Shown piece after piece: positions 41,279 to 43,499 of a DNA stretch of 43,499 nt (the stretch's first letter is position 1; every line of letters begins with the position of its first letter). The stretch is from positions 1 to 43,499 of the forward strand of contig NZ_JALUKE010000007.1 in assembly GCF_027056685.1 (NCBI RefSeq), read 5' to 3'. The stretch is from Sulfurimonas sp. (GTDB lineage: Bacteria; Campylobacterota; Campylobacteria; Campylobacterales; Sulfurimonadaceae). The position numbers and the translations under genes were made by a program. Below the pieces are notes generated by a model. The model made no database searches. It was given only the letters and a program-made list of their open reading frames with translations, and was not told the DNA's origin.

Positions 41279-42585
41279 TGGAACACGAAGCAATTAATCT
41301 TGCAACAACATGGGTAGGATGGCTAAGTTTAGCAGTCTTTGTTATAGCGTACTATTTTATAGCTACAGAGGAGAAGTATGAGATAAATAAGGCAAAACCA
41401 TCACTTTTTGCTGGGACATTTATGTTTATGCTTATTGGGATTTACTATGCTATAAACGGGCTTGATCCAATGCCTTTACATAAAGAACTTGAGAGATTGA
41501 TTTTAGAGATTTCTGAAATATTCTTCTTCCTTTTAGTGGCTATGACTTTCATCGAAACACTGCTTGAGCGTGGTGTGTTTGATTTAATGAAGTATAAACT
41601 TGTCTCAAAGGGTTATACATATAAAAAACTTTTTTGGCTAACAGGTCTTTTAGCATTCTTTATTTCTCCTGTTGCAGACAACTTAACAACAGCACTTATT
41701 CTCTCTACTGTACTTTTTACAATAGATAAGAAAAATATTTCATTTTTAGTTCCAGGGGCTATAAATATTGTTGTTGCTGCAAATGCAGGTGGTGCATGGT
41801 CTCCATTTGGAGATATTACAACACTAATGTCTTGGACTGCAGAAAAAGGTCAATTTGTAGATTTTCTTTATCTTTTTCCAGCTTCAGTAATAGGGTGGGG
41901 TGTAACAGCATTTTTGCTAAGTCTTTCTCTTCCTTCTGGTCAGCCTCCCTTTGATGCTTCAACTGAGAAAAAACCTGTTGTTTTAGACGGTGGTATTACT
42001 GTTGCATATTTAGGTGTGCTTACTATTGTTATTGCAGTTTTAGGACATACATTCTTCCATTTTCCAGCAATGTGGGGTATGATGTTTGGACTTGCAATTT
42101 TAAAACTCTATTCATTCCAATTAAAAAGAAAAGGTGCAAATACATTCAATATTTATGTAAATATGGAAAAAGTGGAAAATGATACACTTCTTTTCTTCTT
42201 TGGTATTCTCTCGGCAGTTGGAGCATTACACTTTTTAGGATTTTTAGAGTATGTACATGATGTTTACGCGATGGCAGGGGCAACAGCTTCAAATATTGGT
42301 GTAGGTTTCCTATCTGCAGTGATTGATAATGTTCCTGTTATGAGTGCTATTTTGAAATCATCTCCATCTATGGATACAGACCAGTGGATGCTTGTAACAA
42401 TGACAGCAGGTATTGGCGGCAGTCTAATCAGTTTTGGTTCCGCTGCAGGTGTGGGTGTTATGGGTAAAATGCGTGGTGTTTATACTTTTGGTTCACATAT
42501 GAAACACTCATGGACAGTTTTGGCTGGCTACTTCGTTTCAATTGCTATTTGGTATGTTCAATTTGAAATTTTAGGACTTTACTAA
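41278..42585 (+). CDS. nhaD: Na+/H+ antiporter NhaD
   Basis: ISPVADNLTTAL, AANAGGAWSPFGDITT, SAVIDNVP, GGSLISFGSAAGV; many TMs. Confidence 0.9.
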   Translation: MEHEAINLATTWVGWLSLAVFVIAYYFIATEEKYEINKAKPSLFAGTFMFMLIGIYYAINGLDPMPLHKELERLILEISEIFFFLLVAMTFIETLLERGVFDLMKYKLVSKGYTYKKLFWLTGLLAFFISPVADNLTTALILSTVLFTIDKKNISFLVPGAINIVVAANAGGAWSPFGDITTLMSWTAEKGQFVDFLYLFPASVIGWGVTAFLLSLSLPSGQPPFDASTEKKPVVLDGGITVAYLGVLTIVIAVLGHTFFHFPAMWGMMFGLAILKLYSFQLKRKGANTFNIYVNMEKVENDTLLFFFGILSAVGALHFLGFLEYVHDVYAMAGATASNIGVGFLSAVIDNVPVMSAILKSSPSMDTDQWMLVTMTAGIGGSLISFGSAAGVGVMGKMRGVYTFGSHMKHSWTVLAGYFVSIAIWYVQFEILGLY

Positions 42586-42597
42586 ACTTTTTAACTC

Positions 42598-42624
42598 TTA
42601 AACGCAGTAAATGGCTGCGTTTAA
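42598..42624. terminator. Hairpin after nhaD built from two inverted copies of AAACGCAG
   Basis: TTAAACGCAG-taaatgg-CTGCGTTTAA, 12 nt after the nhaD stop. Confidence 0.65.
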
Positions 42625-42691
42625 ATCAAACATTAATCTACTTTATAGTATTCTTTCTCATTAATTATCATATTTTAAAAAGGCATTTCAA

Positions 42692-43499
42692 ATGACAAAT
42701 GTTAGTATTATCGTCCTCGATTTTGGTTCTCAATATACACAACTTATAGCTCGTCGTCTGCGTGAAGATAAAATTTACTGCGAAATTCTTCCTTATCACA
42801 CAAAAGTAGAAGATATAAAAGCAAAAAATCCTAAAGGTATTATTTTGAGTGGTGGTCCTTCATCAGTCTATAATGAAAACGCTTATGAGGTGGATCAGGG
42901 TGTTTATGATATGGGTCTGCCTATTCTTGGTATTTGTTATGGTATGCAAAGAATTGCAGTGGATTTTGGTGGTAGTGTAATTCGTTCTGATCATCACGAA
43001 TATGGAAAAGCTGAACTTGAATTAGTAGGCTATCCCGATGCTGTTTCACCACTTTTTAAAGAGTGTGACAACAATAGAATTGTATGGATGAGTCACTCAG
43101 ATAGAGTTGAGACACTTCCTAAAGGGTTTAAAGTTATTGCAACTTCAAGTAACTCTCCATATGCAGCGATTGCAAATGATGAAAAACGCGTCTATGCAAT
43201 GCAATTTCATCCAGAAGTACAACACTCAGAAGAGGGTTACTTAATGCTTCGTAATTTTGCAAAAAATATTTGTGGTGTAGCTGAAAAATGGAAAATGGAG
43301 CATTTCTTAAAACAACAAATTGAATCTATTAGAGAACGCGTTGGTGATGGTAAAGTGCTTTGTGGACTCAGCGGTGGTGTTGATAGTTCTGTTGTTGCAG
43401 CAATGCTCTATGAAGCAATTGGTGAGCAACTTGTTCCTGTCTTTGTAGATAATGGACTTTTAAGAAAAGGTGAGAGAGAGCAGGTAGAACAAGTCTTTA
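42692..43499 (+). CDS. guaA: GMP synthase (glutamine-hydrolysing), 3' end cut by the window edge
   Basis: Translated by hand: [51 protein letters not shown]. Confidence 0.96.
   Translation, partial: MTNVSIIVLDFGSQYTQLIARRLREDKIYCEILPYHTKVEDIKAKNPKGIILSGGPSSVYNENAYEVDQGVYDMGLPILGICYGMQRIAVDFGGSVIRSDHHEYGKAELELVGYPDAVSPLFKECDNNRIVWMSHSDRVETLPKGFKVIATSSNSPYAAIANDEKRVYAMQFHPEVQHSEEGYLMLRNFAKNICGVAEKWKMEHFLKQQIESIRERVGDGKVLCGLSGGVDSSVVAAMLYEAIGEQLVPVFVDNGLLRKGEREQVEQVF

Larger units (their letters stand above)
811..42622. repeat. Dispersed over-represented motif (Y)AAACGCAG(Y), at least 42 copies
   Basis: 23 copies as AAACGCAG and 19 as CTGCGTTT on the + strand; positions listed in findings. Confidence 0.9.

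Noticed and set aside
811-42622. AAACGCAG as a Chi or KOPS site
   Set aside because: Those motifs are strongly strand-polarised within a replichore; here orientations are interleaved at 23:19

Overview
AT-rich chromosomal segment of a Campylobacterota bacterium, most like Sulfurimonas (cheZ-U32-purE-DUF3972-glyQ and bamD-lon synteny). It carries a type II secretion/pseudopilus operon (F-K-L-M-N-C-D-E-I-J-like), dapB, trxA/trxB, a globin, hisJ-type phosphatase, recG, hpf, a large adhesin-like gene with three minor-pilin-like genes, bamD-lon, a PAS/Hpt/hybrid-kinase/receiver phosphorelay, uvrC, nadB, nhaD and a partial guaA. The strongest unexplained signal is an 8-mer, AAACGCAG (extended YAAACGCAGY). 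I found it at least 42 times by eye (about 1 per kb), on both strands, in five reading frames, and once as an inverted pair forming a terminator-like hairpin. This pattern resembles the DNA uptake sequences of Neisseriaceae and Pasteurellaceae. Other notable items: an unannotated type I toxin-antitoxin-like small-peptide cassette between glyQ and recG, a 269-bp TA-bounded MITE-like element at the trxB stop codon, a duplicated gene tail with a small palindromic insert upstream of trxB, and a probable leaderless transcript upstream of uvrC. No rRNA, tRNA, CRISPR array or transposase was seen. All counts and family assignments were made by eye, without database searches.
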